The notes beneath the pieces are model-generated. The model was given only the letters and a program-made list of their open reading frames with translations. It was not told the DNA's origin and ran no database searches. DNA of 64,000 nucleotides from Terriglobales bacterium (lineage in GTDB: Bacteria > Acidobacteriota > Terriglobia > Terriglobales > Acidobacteriaceae), in assembly GCA_049520935.1 (NCBI GenBank), contig JBEKPJ010000043.1, positions 1,940-65,939 on the forward strand, read 5' to 3'. This document shows, piece by piece, positions 35,665 through 45,171 of the stretch (the first letter of the stretch is position 1; each line of letters begins with the position of its first letter). The translations under genes and the position numbers were made by a program.

Positions 35665-36303
35665 TCAGCTTGACCGGGGGTGTGGCGAATTGGCCGGCGA
35701 GAGCAAGCCTTGGCGGACAAACTCTACCACCTCCGGAGTTACGTACCGGGGTGGTTGGATCGCGAAAATGGGGAGATGGGCGACCGGTCGCAGCGAGACC
35801 TGCTTCCAGGCGGGCTTGTTGGCATTTGCGACGGCGTGCAGCAGCACAGCATCGGCGCGGTCCAGGAACGCTTGCGCCGAGGATTTGAAATCCTCTGTCT
35901 GCGGGTCCAACACGGTCAGATAGAGATCTGGTTTCAGAAAGCGCAAGATGCTGTTCGATTCGATGATGGTGTATTTTGTGTTGCCCAGGATTTTGCGGAT
36001 TCGGGGCAGGGCTTCGGCGAGATGGCCCTGCTGGGTGCGGACCCACCAGGCGTGATCGGCGCCGGCGAGCAGGAAACGCGATGTGTCGGATGCTCCGGAG
36101 CGGTCTTTTTCCTCCGACAGGGCGAGTGAGTGGTCGGCGGTAGCGCAGTCGCAGGGTTCGCCGCTGGCGGAGCAGACGTCGTGTCCGTATTGAGTGATCT
36201 TCATAGCGGTCCAATGGAAGCCGGGCAGGGCGGCGATTAGACCTACGACAACGCTGGTTTTGCCTACGCTGCGGGTGTGTCCGCCGATGACCAGGATGGG
36301 CAT
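35665..36303 (-). CDS. MobB-like P-loop protein (function unknown here)
   Basis: PILVIGGHTRSVGKTS is P-loop-like. It is collinear by eye with MobB (MKITQYGHDV ~ IKHTHHDM; IIESNSILRFLKPDLYLTVL ~ LILVEGFK...). It is the last gene of the lpxL-like/lpxD run. Confidence 0.55.
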   Translation of the reverse strand: MPILVIGGHTRSVGKTSVVVGLIAALPGFHWTAMKITQYGHDVCSASGEPCDCATADHSLALSEEKDRSGASDTSRFLLAGADHAWWVRTQQGHLAEALPRIRKILGNTKYTIIESNSILRFLKPDLYLTVLDPQTEDFKSSAQAFLDRADAVLLHAVANANKPAWKQVSLRPVAHLPIFAIQPPRYVTPEVVEFVRQGLLSPANSPHPRSS

Positions 36304-36397
36304 GCAAGGCAGCTCTTAGTATCCAGCCGCGCCCTCTGCGGGTTTTGCGCTAAAAGGCGGCAATCGATGTCTTGACCCGATCATTCTATCCTGATGC

Positions 36398-37414
36398 TCA
36401 GCCGTTGTTCTTGGCCAAGCGCGCCAGGAATGCCAGTTCCTTCAGGTGCTGCTTGACGGGGCGGGCTGGAGTTCCCCAGAACACAACACCGTTTCCCCGC
36501 AGGACTTTTCTGGGGAGGATGCCGCCTTGGCCTCCGATCATGGCGCCCGCCTCTACCCGGGCATGATCGCCGATACCCACTTGTCCGCCCATGATTACGT
36601 TGTCCTCGATGGTGACGCTGCCGGAGAGGCCCGTTTGCGCGGCAATGACCACGTTTTCTCCTATGACACAGTTGTGGCCGATGTGGACCAGATTATCGAT
36701 CTTTGCGCCTCGCCGGATTCTGGTTTCGTCGAGCGCTCCCCGGTCGACGGTGGAGTTGGCCCCGATTTCCACGTCGTCTTCGATAATCAGGCGGCCGATC
36801 TGGGGAGATTGCTCGTAGCGTCCGGTTTGCGCGTCGCGGACATAGCCGAAGCCTTCGCTGCCTAGGACTGCGCCGGCTTGCACCACCACGCGGTTGCCCA
36901 GAGTCGTGCCTGGGTAAATGGTGACGTTGGCGCCGATGCGGCAGTCGGCGCCGATCGTCACTTTGTCCCCCGCTCCGGCGCCGATGACGGCGCCGGCGCC
37001 GATGATCGTTTCGTCGCCGATGGCTATTTGTTCGCCCAGAATCGCGCACGGGCCGATGGCTACATTGTGGCCGATTCTGGCCGAGCTGGGAACGACCGCG
37101 GTGGCGTGGACGATGCGATTGCACTCCGGGTCGCGCAGGAGCTTGGCAGCGCGGGCGAAACTGAGGCGTGGCTGGGCGGAGAACAGGATAGGCCTGTTGC
37201 TGTGCAGGGCGGCTGCTTGATCGGCGAATTCTGGGGCGATTATGGCGCCGGCTGGCGAAAGCAGCGCTTCGGCCAGGCGATCGGCGTCTTCAACGAACAC
37301 CAGGCTGTCGCTGCTGGCAGACTGCAGGCTGGAGACGTTGGTTACCGTGGTGGAGGCATCTCCTTGGAGACGGCAGCCGAGACGGGCGGCTAAATCGCAC
37401 AGGGATTGTTTCAT
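36398..37414 (-). CDS. lpxD: UDP-3-O-acylglucosamine N-acyltransferase
   Basis: N-terminal LpxD domain (LAARLGCRLQGDASTTVTNVSSLQSASSDSLVFVED) followed by a long run of left-handed beta-helix hexapeptide repeats. Start is ATG 37414 or 37423. Confidence 0.9.
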   Translation of the reverse strand: MKQSLCDLAARLGCRLQGDASTTVTNVSSLQSASSDSLVFVEDADRLAEALLSPAGAIIAPEFADQAAALHSNRPILFSAQPRLSFARAAKLLRDPECNRIVHATAVVPSSARIGHNVAIGPCAILGEQIAIGDETIIGAGAVIGAGAGDKVTIGADCRIGANVTIYPGTTLGNRVVVQAGAVLGSEGFGYVRDAQTGRYEQSPQIGRLIIEDDVEIGANSTVDRGALDETRIRRGAKIDNLVHIGHNCVIGENVVIAAQTGLSGSVTIEDNVIMGGQVGIGDHARVEAGAMIGGQGGILPRKVLRGNGVVFWGTPARPVKQHLKELAFLARLAKNNG

Positions 37415-37547
37415 GGCGTCCATTGTCGCTTTCCGAGGCGGGTGTGTACAACGCGCATTCCGGAGGCGGGCGGGGACTTTTGGATTTGCGGAAACACCCA
37501 CATCACTGAAGCGCTACCCGGAGAGAGATGCCTGGTTCTTTGACGCC

Positions 37548-38501
37548 TCAGTAGAGCGGCGGTTCTCCTGGCGGGCGGGTCTTCCATCTCCGGTGGACCC
37601 ACAACCATTGCTCGGGATAGCGGCGGATGAAGTTTTCGATCACCTTGGTGAACTTTGCAGTGTTGGCGACGATATCGCTCTCGTTGTCTCCGCTGCGAAT
37701 CAACTCGACTGCGGGATCGAAACGCAGGATGTATTTGCGCAGTGTCTTGTCCCAGACGGTAAAGCCGGGAACTACGGCGGCATCGGTGCGCAGGGCTATC
37801 CTTGCCAGACCGCTGGCGGTGCAGGCAGAGACGCCGAAGAAGTCCACGAAGACCCCCTGCGGCGGGGTCATGTTGGTGTCCATGAGGATGCCCACGGTTT
37901 CTCCCTCGCGCATGGCGGAGAGCAGGCCACGGACGAAATCGTCCTTGTCGACGGTGCGGTTGCCGTGCATGGTGCGGTAGCTCTGGATCAAGGCGTCGAT
38001 GTAGGGATTGTCGAGAGAGCGCATTACGATCGACAGCGGATGTCCATGGAGGGAGTGGGCGAAGGCGGAGAGTTCCCAGGCACCCAGATGCCCGGTCAGA
38101 AACAGAACGCCTTTGCCGCGGGCGAAGGCGCGTTCAAAATTTTCGAAACCATCGTAAATGACCACCCGGGAGACATTTTCCCTGGTGTAATGCGGGAACA
38201 GACAGACCTCGGCTAGCTGGCGTCCAAGGGAGATGAATTCTCCGCGCAGCAGGCGGCGGCGGGCGAGTGGCGACAGTTCGGGGTAGGCTAGCGACAGGTT
38301 GCGCAGGCCCACCCCACGCAGCCGTCGGTGAAAGGCGAAGACGGCTAGGCCGAGAGTGATTCCGAGGGCGCGCGCAACCGGGCGGGGGAGCGCACCTAGG
38401 ATTTTAATCCAGGGCCAGAGCAGAGCGTATTCGAGGCGTTGTCGCACCTGTGGCGGAGTGTAGGGGGTGAGGGCGTGGTTGCGCAAGGTGCGCGAGGCCA
38501 C
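37548..38501 (-). CDS. Lipid A biosynthesis (lauroyl/myristoyl) acyltransferase, LpxL/HtrB-type LPLAT
   Basis: FLTGHLGAWEL (HX4D-region equivalent) and the C-terminal YPEQWLWVHRRWKTRP typical of LpxL-family proteins. Confidence 0.8.
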   Translation of the reverse strand: MASRTLRNHALTPYTPPQVRQRLEYALLWPWIKILGALPRPVARALGITLGLAVFAFHRRLRGVGLRNLSLAYPELSPLARRRLLRGEFISLGRQLAEVCLFPHYTRENVSRVVIYDGFENFERAFARGKGVLFLTGHLGAWELSAFAHSLHGHPLSIVMRSLDNPYIDALIQSYRTMHGNRTVDKDDFVRGLLSAMREGETVGILMDTNMTPPQGVFVDFFGVSACTASGLARIALRTDAAVVPGFTVWDKTLRKYILRFDPAVELIRSGDNESDIVANTAKFTKVIENFIRRYPEQWLWVHRRWKTRPPGEPPLY

Positions 38502-38646
38502 CGAGCGCGATCGCCCGCCGCTTTATAGGCGTCGCGGCGGCGGCACCTCTGCTGCCGCGCCCCCTCCCAGAGACGGGGCGGAGCAGGCCGGCTACACCTC
38601 GAAGACCGGCCAGCCCGGTCGGCACACCCTTACTTCGCCAGGCCTG

Positions 38647-39363
38647 TTATTTCGCGGCCTGCTGGGCCCATTTGGCCAGGGTACTGAGGAAGGCATATGC
38701 GTCCTTGGGGGCTTCGATGTCTCCTCGGAGAGAGGTTCTGAACGGGACCATGCGGCCGTAGAAATCGCGGGTGCTGTCTTTGTCTTGTTTGATGACGGCG
38801 CCGTTTAGTTCCAGTCCGGCGAAGAGGCCGCGGGAGCGCGAGTAGGTGAGAACCTCGGCCCGCATTTTCCAGTCGGTGTCGGCAGCGGCGTGGCGTCCGA
38901 CGGGGCCGGCGGCTGCACTGGCATCGCCACCCAGCTTGAATTTGCTGGAGAGCAGGTTATCCATGCCGCCCTTGTTCATGATCAGCATGACCACATCGGT
39001 GGCCTGGCCGCCGATCTGCAACCCGAAACTGCCGCCGCCGATGGTGAAGAAAGCAGGAGCGCTCCAGCCCTTCGGAGTTCGGCAACTGGCGACGCCTTTG
39101 CCGTAGCGTCCGCCAAAGACGAAGCCTCCGTTCAGCAGGGAGGGGACCACGGCTACGCATTCGGCAGAACCCAAAATCTCTTCGGGGATGCGCTGGTCGG
39201 GCGCGTTCTGGATCTCGTCGAGCACGGTGCCGGCGGCCTCGACCCGTCCCGAGGCTTTGGTGTTCGGCTCCGGGGCGGCCTTGGTATCGTCATCGGCATT
39301 GGCCGAGAGCATAGGGGTCAGAAAACAGACGAGCAGCAGCACTACCAGGAGATTTCGCATCAT
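38647..39363 (-). CDS. Secreted SYLF (DUF500/Ysc84-like) lipid-binding domain protein
   Basis: Signal MMRNLLVVLLLVCFLTPMLSANA. IPEEILGSAECVAVVPSLLNGGFVFGGRYGKGV...FTIGGGSFGLQIGGQATDVVMLIM...KLGGDASAAAGPVGR. Confidence 0.8.
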   Translation of the reverse strand: MMRNLLVVLLLVCFLTPMLSANADDDTKAAPEPNTKASGRVEAAGTVLDEIQNAPDQRIPEEILGSAECVAVVPSLLNGGFVFGGRYGKGVASCRTPKGWSAPAFFTIGGGSFGLQIGGQATDVVMLIMNKGGMDNLLSSKFKLGGDASAAAGPVGRHAAADTDWKMRAEVLTYSRSRGLFAGLELNGAVIKQDKDSTRDFYGRMVPFRTSLRGDIEAPKDAYAFLSTLAKWAQQAAK

Positions 39364-39825
39364 GCCTCACTTGGGAGATAAGAGTATGGAATCTATTGTC
39401 TCTGATTCTATTGGATGCAGGGCGAGAAGTGGGGGTTATTGGGGGAGTGATCAGGGTGAGTCGGGGCGGCGCCGGGCTTTCAGGTTGCGGACAATTGCAG
39501 GGGCGCGGGTCCGTGGATGGGGTCGTTTTCGGAGCAAAAAAATGCGGGGCTGAAATCGGCGACCCTAATCTCCGTTTCCAGCCCCGTCTCCCAGGTTCTG
39601 TGGTAGGTGAAGCGAGTATGCGGCAGGAGCGGACCGCGGACAAGATTACGATGGTCACTGTCCGACGGTAACGAAGGCGCGCCCGGGGGTATGCAAAAAT
39701 CGTCCGGTTGCTGTCGGACGAAACAGGGCTTGGTGAAGGAGAAAACGGGAGTCGAATGCGGGTCGAAAGCGGCCGTCGGGGCGTCGGCCCGCAAACCGGC
39801 GGCGGAGCCGGCTTCCGCGCGAGAA

Positions 39826-40482
39826 CTACTTTGCCGTTACCAGCGAGTGTGTGATGGCATGGACCGACAGGGCGATGCGATTCTGCACCCCGACTTTGCG
39901 CATGAGCTTGGCCACGTGTGCCTTCACGGTGCGTTCCTCGATGCCGAGGGCGGAGCCGATTTCCTTGTTCGAGCGGCCCGCTACCAGCATTTCCAGAACC
40001 TCTTTTTCGCGGTCGGTGAAAGTGATTCGACCAGCGGGAAAGATGCGTCCGGGAGATGCGCTTACGCGCTCGATGAAAGTGGAGAGCACTCGACGCGGAG
40101 CCCAAACCGAACCCTGGTGGACGATGCGAAGCGCCTGGATAAATTCGGCGGGCGAAGCGGCCTCGTCTACGTAGCCTTTGGCACCGGCGGCGATGGCTTT
40201 GAGGACACTCTCGTCGTCCATGCCGGAGCCGGTCACGATGATGCGCAAGTCGGGACGGACGGCTTTCAGGCTGGCCATGATGTCATAGAGGTTTTGGCCG
40301 CCGCGGTTCCCCAGCAGGACCAGATCGATGGCCTGCAGCTGGCCGAGATCGGCGAGCGATGCGGAAACGAGCTCCAAATCAGGTTCGGTATCGAAAAGAG
40401 CCCGGAAACCAACAAAGCGCAGCGGATCGCTCTCCACTACGGCGACACGTATCAATGGCTTTCTGGCGACGGCAGCTTTCAT
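39826..40482 (-). CDS. NarL/LuxR-family response regulator with an atypical receiver domain (phospho-acceptor Asp apparently replaced by Gly)
   Basis: REC-like N-terminus IRVAVVESDPLRF...AIDLVLLGNRGG...RIIVTGSG...GAKGYVDE. C-terminal LuxR HTH FTDREKEVLEMLVAGRSNKEIGSALGIEERTVKAHVAKLMRKVGVQNR. Confidence 0.85.
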   Translation of the reverse strand: MKAAVARKPLIRVAVVESDPLRFVGFRALFDTEPDLELVSASLADLGQLQAIDLVLLGNRGGQNLYDIMASLKAVRPDLRIIVTGSGMDDESVLKAIAAGAKGYVDEAASPAEFIQALRIVHQGSVWAPRRVLSTFIERVSASPGRIFPAGRITFTDREKEVLEMLVAGRSNKEIGSALGIEERTVKAHVAKLMRKVGVQNRIALSVHAITHSLVTAK

Positions 40483-40631
40483 TAAGGTTTTCCTGTTAGG
40501 ATTGCATCCTGTTCAAGCTTGCCTGAAGCGGCACAGAATTGAAATGATTGCTAGGCACTACAAATTACGGGAGTAACCCCCAAATCAGGCCCGGTTGGAC
40601 GGCCATGGAGGGTTGGGTGAACGGAGGGCGG

Positions 40632-41081
40632 ATGCAACGTTACTTTGCGGGAATTCTGGCGGTGGCAATGATGGTATCGGGCGTTGTGGGGGCGCAGACG
40701 CCGGCCGGGACAGCAACTCCGGGCACCGCGTATCAGCCAAAGTTTGCCGGGGATCCGGCGCGTTCGGAGTCGGAAGCGCAGGCGCTTGGCTATATGCGGG
40801 TCGTGCTTCGCGCGCAACGCGAGTACAAGAAACGCCATGACCACTTCGCCGATTCACTGGCGTCGCTGGCAGGAACCGCCTCGTTCACCAAGCGCCTGGC
40901 GCAAACCACCGAGCGCGGAGACTATACCGTCAGTTTTCGTTCTCACAAAGACGGATTCATGCTCACAATGACGCCGAAACAGTTGGACGCAGAACACCGG
41001 TCGTTCTACGCAGAAGACGATGGAGCCATCCATGCGGACGATCAGAAGCCGGCCGATCTGGACTCGCCGAAGGTGAAGTAG
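40632..41081 (+). CDS. Small secreted hypothetical protein
   Basis: GGAGGG upstream of ATG 40632. Signal MQRYFAGILAVAMMVSGVVGAQ. The segment AQALGYMRVVLRAQREYKKRHDHFADSLASLAG resembles the first helix region of pilin-fold proteins but has no prepilin leader (weak, by eye). Confidence 0.6.
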   Translation: MQRYFAGILAVAMMVSGVVGAQTPAGTATPGTAYQPKFAGDPARSESEAQALGYMRVVLRAQREYKKRHDHFADSLASLAGTASFTKRLAQTTERGDYTVSFRSHKDGFMLTMTPKQLDAEHRSFYAEDDGAIHADDQKPADLDSPKVK

Positions 41082-41187
41082 AATGGCACCGCCGCTCGTC
41101 ATTTAATCAAGTTCAACCTCGCCGCAGCATCCCGAATCTAATTAGAAGCCTGCTTGGATTGCGAAGCGGTGCGTCCGTAAGGAGTGT

Positions 41188-42726
41188 ATGGCTATGCTTT
41201 TTGCAGGGTCCGGTCCCCAGGGTTGGTTCCGCGTTTCGAGGATTAGTTTGGGTGTGTGTTTCGGCTGGGTTTTGCTGGCGGCTTCCGGTTTCTGCCAACC
41301 GGAGACGCCGCCGCCGGCCGGTGTTGTGCGGGCGGACCCGGCGAAAGCTGCCGCCGACAAGGCCCAGGAGATGGGGACGCGGCCGGAAGAAGCGCCCGCG
41401 GCGCTGCAGCAACTCAACTCCGCAATCGAGCAGCTTACGGCCAGAATTTCTCCCGCCGTGGTTCAGATTCAGGTTTCCGGATACGGGGCGCTCGAAGAGA
41501 GCAGTCGCGGTCAGACGGCACTCATCGCCCGCCAACACGCGATCGGCGCGGGAGTGATTCTGGACCGAGAGGGCTACATCATGACCAACGCCCATGTGGT
41601 CGAGGGGGCGCACAGCATCCATGTTGCGCTGCCCATGCCCTCGGTGGATTATCCCGATCAGATTGCGCCCGTGGGCAAACAGCGGGTGGTGGAAGCTCGA
41701 CTGATCGGACTCCACAAAGAGACCGATCTGGCGTTGATCAAGATTGAACAGAGCGGGTTACCCATACTCTCGCTGGGCGACCGCAGACCGGTGCATCAGG
41801 GGCAACTTGTGTTTGCTCTGGGAAGTCCGGAAGGGCTGGAGAACTCCGTGACGATGGGGGTGGTAAGTTCGGTGGCGCGGCAGGCCGATCCGGACCGTCC
41901 GATGATTTACATCCAGACCGATGCTCCCATCAATCCGGGCAATAGCGGGGGCCCGTTGGTCGATGCGGATGGCTACGTCATAGGCATCAACACCTTCATT
42001 CTCTCTGAAGGCGGGGGTAGCGAAGGACTGGGTTTTGCCATTCCGGCGCGGATCGTGAAGTTCGTCTATGAGAGTCTGCGCAAGTATGGCCACGTGCATC
42101 GCATCGAGGTGAAGGCGGGCGCGCAAACCATCACCGATAATCTGGCGAAGGGCTTGGGACTGGCCCAAAATTGGGGGGTGGTGATCGATGACGTGACTCC
42201 CGGAGGGCCGGCCGAGGCCGGTGGGCTCAAGATCGGGGACGTCGTGCTGCGAGCCGATGACCGCGCCATCGCGACCCTGCCCGCGTTCACTTCTGCGCTC
42301 TACCTGCATCGACTGGATCAGCCGCTGAAGCTCGAAGTGTTGCGCGGGACCGAGCGAAAGACACTCTTTATTGTGGCGCTGGAGATGAAGGATCCGATGG
42401 ATGCTCTGACGGACCTGGCGAGGTCGGACGATAACCTGATTGGCCGGCTTGGGATCTTGGGGCTCACCGTCGACGATGGATTGCGTGAGGTGCTAGGCAC
42501 GCTGCGCGAGCCCTCGGGAGTGGTCGTGGTGGGGCGCGTGGCCGACTTTCGGAGTTCTGCCTCCGGGCTGGAAACGGGAGATGTGATTCACCGCGTGAAT
42601 CAGACTTCGATCGACTCTTTGGCTGCTCTTCGTGCGGCGCTGAGACAGGTCAAGCCGCGCGACGCGGTGGTGCTGCAGGTGGAGCGTAGCGGTGGATTGC
42701 AGTGGCTGGCATTCGAGATGGAATAG
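41188..42726 (+). CDS. htrA: Periplasmic serine endoprotease HtrA/DegP/DegQ family with two PDZ domains
   Basis: Catalytic triad contexts TNAHVVEG, DLALIKI and GNSGGPLVD, followed by two PDZ-like segments (GVVIDDVTPGGPAEAGGLKIGDVVL; GVVVVGRVADFRSSASGLETGDVIHRVN). Confidence 0.9.
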   Translation: MAMLFAGSGPQGWFRVSRISLGVCFGWVLLAASGFCQPETPPPAGVVRADPAKAAADKAQEMGTRPEEAPAALQQLNSAIEQLTARISPAVVQIQVSGYGALEESSRGQTALIARQHAIGAGVILDREGYIMTNAHVVEGAHSIHVALPMPSVDYPDQIAPVGKQRVVEARLIGLHKETDLALIKIEQSGLPILSLGDRRPVHQGQLVFALGSPEGLENSVTMGVVSSVARQADPDRPMIYIQTDAPINPGNSGGPLVDADGYVIGINTFILSEGGGSEGLGFAIPARIVKFVYESLRKYGHVHRIEVKAGAQTITDNLAKGLGLAQNWGVVIDDVTPGGPAEAGGLKIGDVVLRADDRAIATLPAFTSALYLHRLDQPLKLEVLRGTERKTLFIVALEMKDPMDALTDLARSDDNLIGRLGILGLTVDDGLREVLGTLREPSGVVVVGRVADFRSSASGLETGDVIHRVNQTSIDSLAALRAALRQVKPRDAVVLQVERSGGLQWLAFEME

Positions 42727-42782
42727 CCTGGCGATTGCGGAGCGTGCTCGTCGCAGCTGCGATTCGGTGGCGCGAGTGAAGC

Positions 42783-45158
42783 CTAATCGTCCTTGGCGGG
42801 GCCGCCTGCTTTATCGTCCCGGTCGGAACGACCGGGTGCGGGCTGGACGGTGTCAATCTGATCGGCGATCCGGCGGACCGGGACCGGGCTGTCGTCGACG
42901 ATGTGGCGACGCAATTGTCGGACGATGTCCTCGTGGTCGGTGGCCGCAAAGTCGCGGGCGAAGCGGGTCAGGGCTTCGGTGAGAATGTCGTGATGGTGCA
43001 CGTTCTCCAGGCCCGGTTCGCGGGTGACATTCAGCCACAAACGATGCAGGAGCACCACGTCCTCGTTCTTCATGGTCGGTGTATGCGGACCGATGCGGAA
43101 GGTGTCGACCGTGCCATTGGTCTGGATAATCTGCAATACGAACTGGCGTTTCGGTTCCGGGATTGCTTCCCAGGCGCTGCCCAGGGCGAAGGCCTGCTCG
43201 GCGGTGGTCATTTTGCTGGAGAGACCGGTGACCACACCGGAGGACTCGAGGTTGTGGGCGGTTTGGGCAATTGCCGACCAGGAGTCGCGAGCGGGCACGA
43301 CGAGCAGGGAAATCTTCTTGCCGAAGCTCTCGGCTACCGAGACGGCGCGGGTGAACAGGGTCTGCTCGTAGTCGCTGAACATCTGTTCGGTGGAAAGGCC
43401 GTAGGCGGCGGCCCCGAACTGGCTGATGCGCGCGGTCATCACGACTACGTCCTGCTCGTGAGTGTCGGTGCGATCGAGCACCCACTTGAGGTGGTTCAAG
43501 GTGTTGTAGTCGCGCACCGGAACCAGAATGTTGCCGGGGCGGATGCCGACGGTTTCACGCTCGACACTTTCCGCTTGCTGTAATTGGAACTGTTCCTTCA
43601 TTTGCGCCGCATTGTGCGCGTGTTTGCGGCGGTTGACCCGCTCGGAGAAGGTGAAGATCGCGAAAAATATCACCGAAAAGATGATGCCGCTGACCGTCGC
43701 TACCGATTTGGTGAACAGATTCACGATCGCGGTTGCCAGCAGGACCATACCGACCGACGCCAATCCCACGGGAATTTCGACCCCGAAGATGTGGAAATTG
43801 GGGGGGACTTTCCAGTTGCGTTCGCCCTTGTAGCGATAACGCAGAACCAGCATGGAGATGGTCTTGAAGACGAAGCTCCAGACGACGCCGAAGGCGTAGG
43901 CTTCTCCCAGGGTATAGATGTTGCCCCAACTGACGATGATGGTGAACAGCTGCAGGCCCACGATCAGATTGATGATGCGATAGGTGGTGCCGTACTTTTT
44001 GTGCGGACGGCGGAACCAGTCGGCAAGGACGCCGTCTTCGGAAACGCGGTTGAGAACACCGTTCGAACCGACGATGGCGGTGTTGACCGCGCCGGAGAGG
44101 ATGAGAAAGCCAACGAGCACGACGAAGGCACGGAAGGCCAGCCGTAGAACTTGCGGGCCGACCATGTTCATGGCGAGTCCGGCGATCAGGTTGTCGCTGT
44201 AAACCTTCATGCGGACGTCGTCGGGAATCAGGATGACCGCGAGCAGAGAGACCAGACCGGTGAAGACGAAGCTGTAAACTCCGATGACGATGGCGGTACG
44301 CTTCAGGTTCTTGAGTTTGGGATGCGCCAGTTCGCGATACACCTGCGCGAGGGATTCTTCGCCGCTCATGGCCAGCACGGAGTGACCAAAGCCGATGATG
44401 AGACCGAGGATGCCGAACATGTGCGGCAGACTGCTGTGCTTCCAGAAGCCGAGAGATTCGTCGGTGTAGTGGAGGTTGGCGAGGGTCGGGAAGGGGGGCA
44501 GATGCCCCCCCACCTTCAGCAAGGTGAAAAAAGACCAGCCGAGCAGCATCACCACCATGACGGTGGTGATCTGCATGACCCAGAGAGCTTTTTCGCTGGA
44601 TTCCTCGATGCCCTTGATGTTCTCCCACCAGAAGTAAATGGTGACGGCCACGGCGAACACGACCGCGGTGCCGTTGACGCCGACCTGCGGCGTGCCATGG
44701 AAGAGACGGTGGATGGCGGCCGGGATCCAGCCGTGGGCGTCGGCGATGCTGATGGTGTCGTTGATCAGGCCGGCGATGTATTGTCCGGCGGAGACGCCGG
44801 ATACCGGACCGGTCAGGATGTAATCGAACATCAGAGCCGAAACGCTCAGTTTGGCGAGGGTGCCGCCGAGCGCTTCCTTCACGACGCGATAGACGCCGCC
44901 CCGCACGAACATGGAGCAACTCTCCACATAAACGGCGCGGACAGCGAAGGCAAAGAGCATGACGCCCAGAACAAACCAAGGGGCGCTTTTGCCGATGGCT
45001 TGTTCGGCGATGCCGCCGGCGTAGAAGGCGGAAGAGCCGAGATCGTTGAGAATGATCGCGGCGGCCCGCCAGTAGGAGATGAAGGTGAGCATCACCGAGG
45101 TCGCTACCACGATGCGAACGCGGTTATTACCTGGGGGTGCGTTGGAGGTTGACGACAT
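42783..45158 (-). CDS. APC-superfamily permease fused to a C-terminal cytoplasmic universal-stress-protein-like region
   Basis: The first ~480 aa are polytopic (APC-like NDLGSSAFYAGGIAEQ...). The C-terminal ~300 aa are soluble with USP-like ILVPVRDYNTLNHLKWVL...DVVVMTARI and KISLLVVPARDSWSAIAQTAHNLESSGVVTG. Confidence 0.8.
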   Translation of the reverse strand: MSSTSNAPPGNNRVRIVVATSVMLTFISYWRAAAIILNDLGSSAFYAGGIAEQAIGKSAPWFVLGVMLFAFAVRAVYVESCSMFVRGGVYRVVKEALGGTLAKLSVSALMFDYILTGPVSGVSAGQYIAGLINDTISIADAHGWIPAAIHRLFHGTPQVGVNGTAVVFAVAVTIYFWWENIKGIEESSEKALWVMQITTVMVVMLLGWSFFTLLKVGGHLPPFPTLANLHYTDESLGFWKHSSLPHMFGILGLIIGFGHSVLAMSGEESLAQVYRELAHPKLKNLKRTAIVIGVYSFVFTGLVSLLAVILIPDDVRMKVYSDNLIAGLAMNMVGPQVLRLAFRAFVVLVGFLILSGAVNTAIVGSNGVLNRVSEDGVLADWFRRPHKKYGTTYRIINLIVGLQLFTIIVSWGNIYTLGEAYAFGVVWSFVFKTISMLVLRYRYKGERNWKVPPNFHIFGVEIPVGLASVGMVLLATAIVNLFTKSVATVSGIIFSVIFFAIFTFSERVNRRKHAHNAAQMKEQFQLQQAESVERETVGIRPGNILVPVRDYNTLNHLKWVLDRTDTHEQDVVVMTARISQFGAAAYGLSTEQMFSDYEQTLFTRAVSVAESFGKKISLLVVPARDSWSAIAQTAHNLESSGVVTGLSSKMTTAEQAFALGSAWEAIPEPKRQFVLQIIQTNGTVDTFRIGPHTPTMKNEDVVLLHRLWLNVTREPGLENVHHHDILTEALTRFARDFAATDHEDIVRQLRRHIVDDSPVPVRRIADQIDTVQPAPGRSDRDDKAGGPAKDD

Positions 45159-45171
45159 GCGTCCAGAAGCC

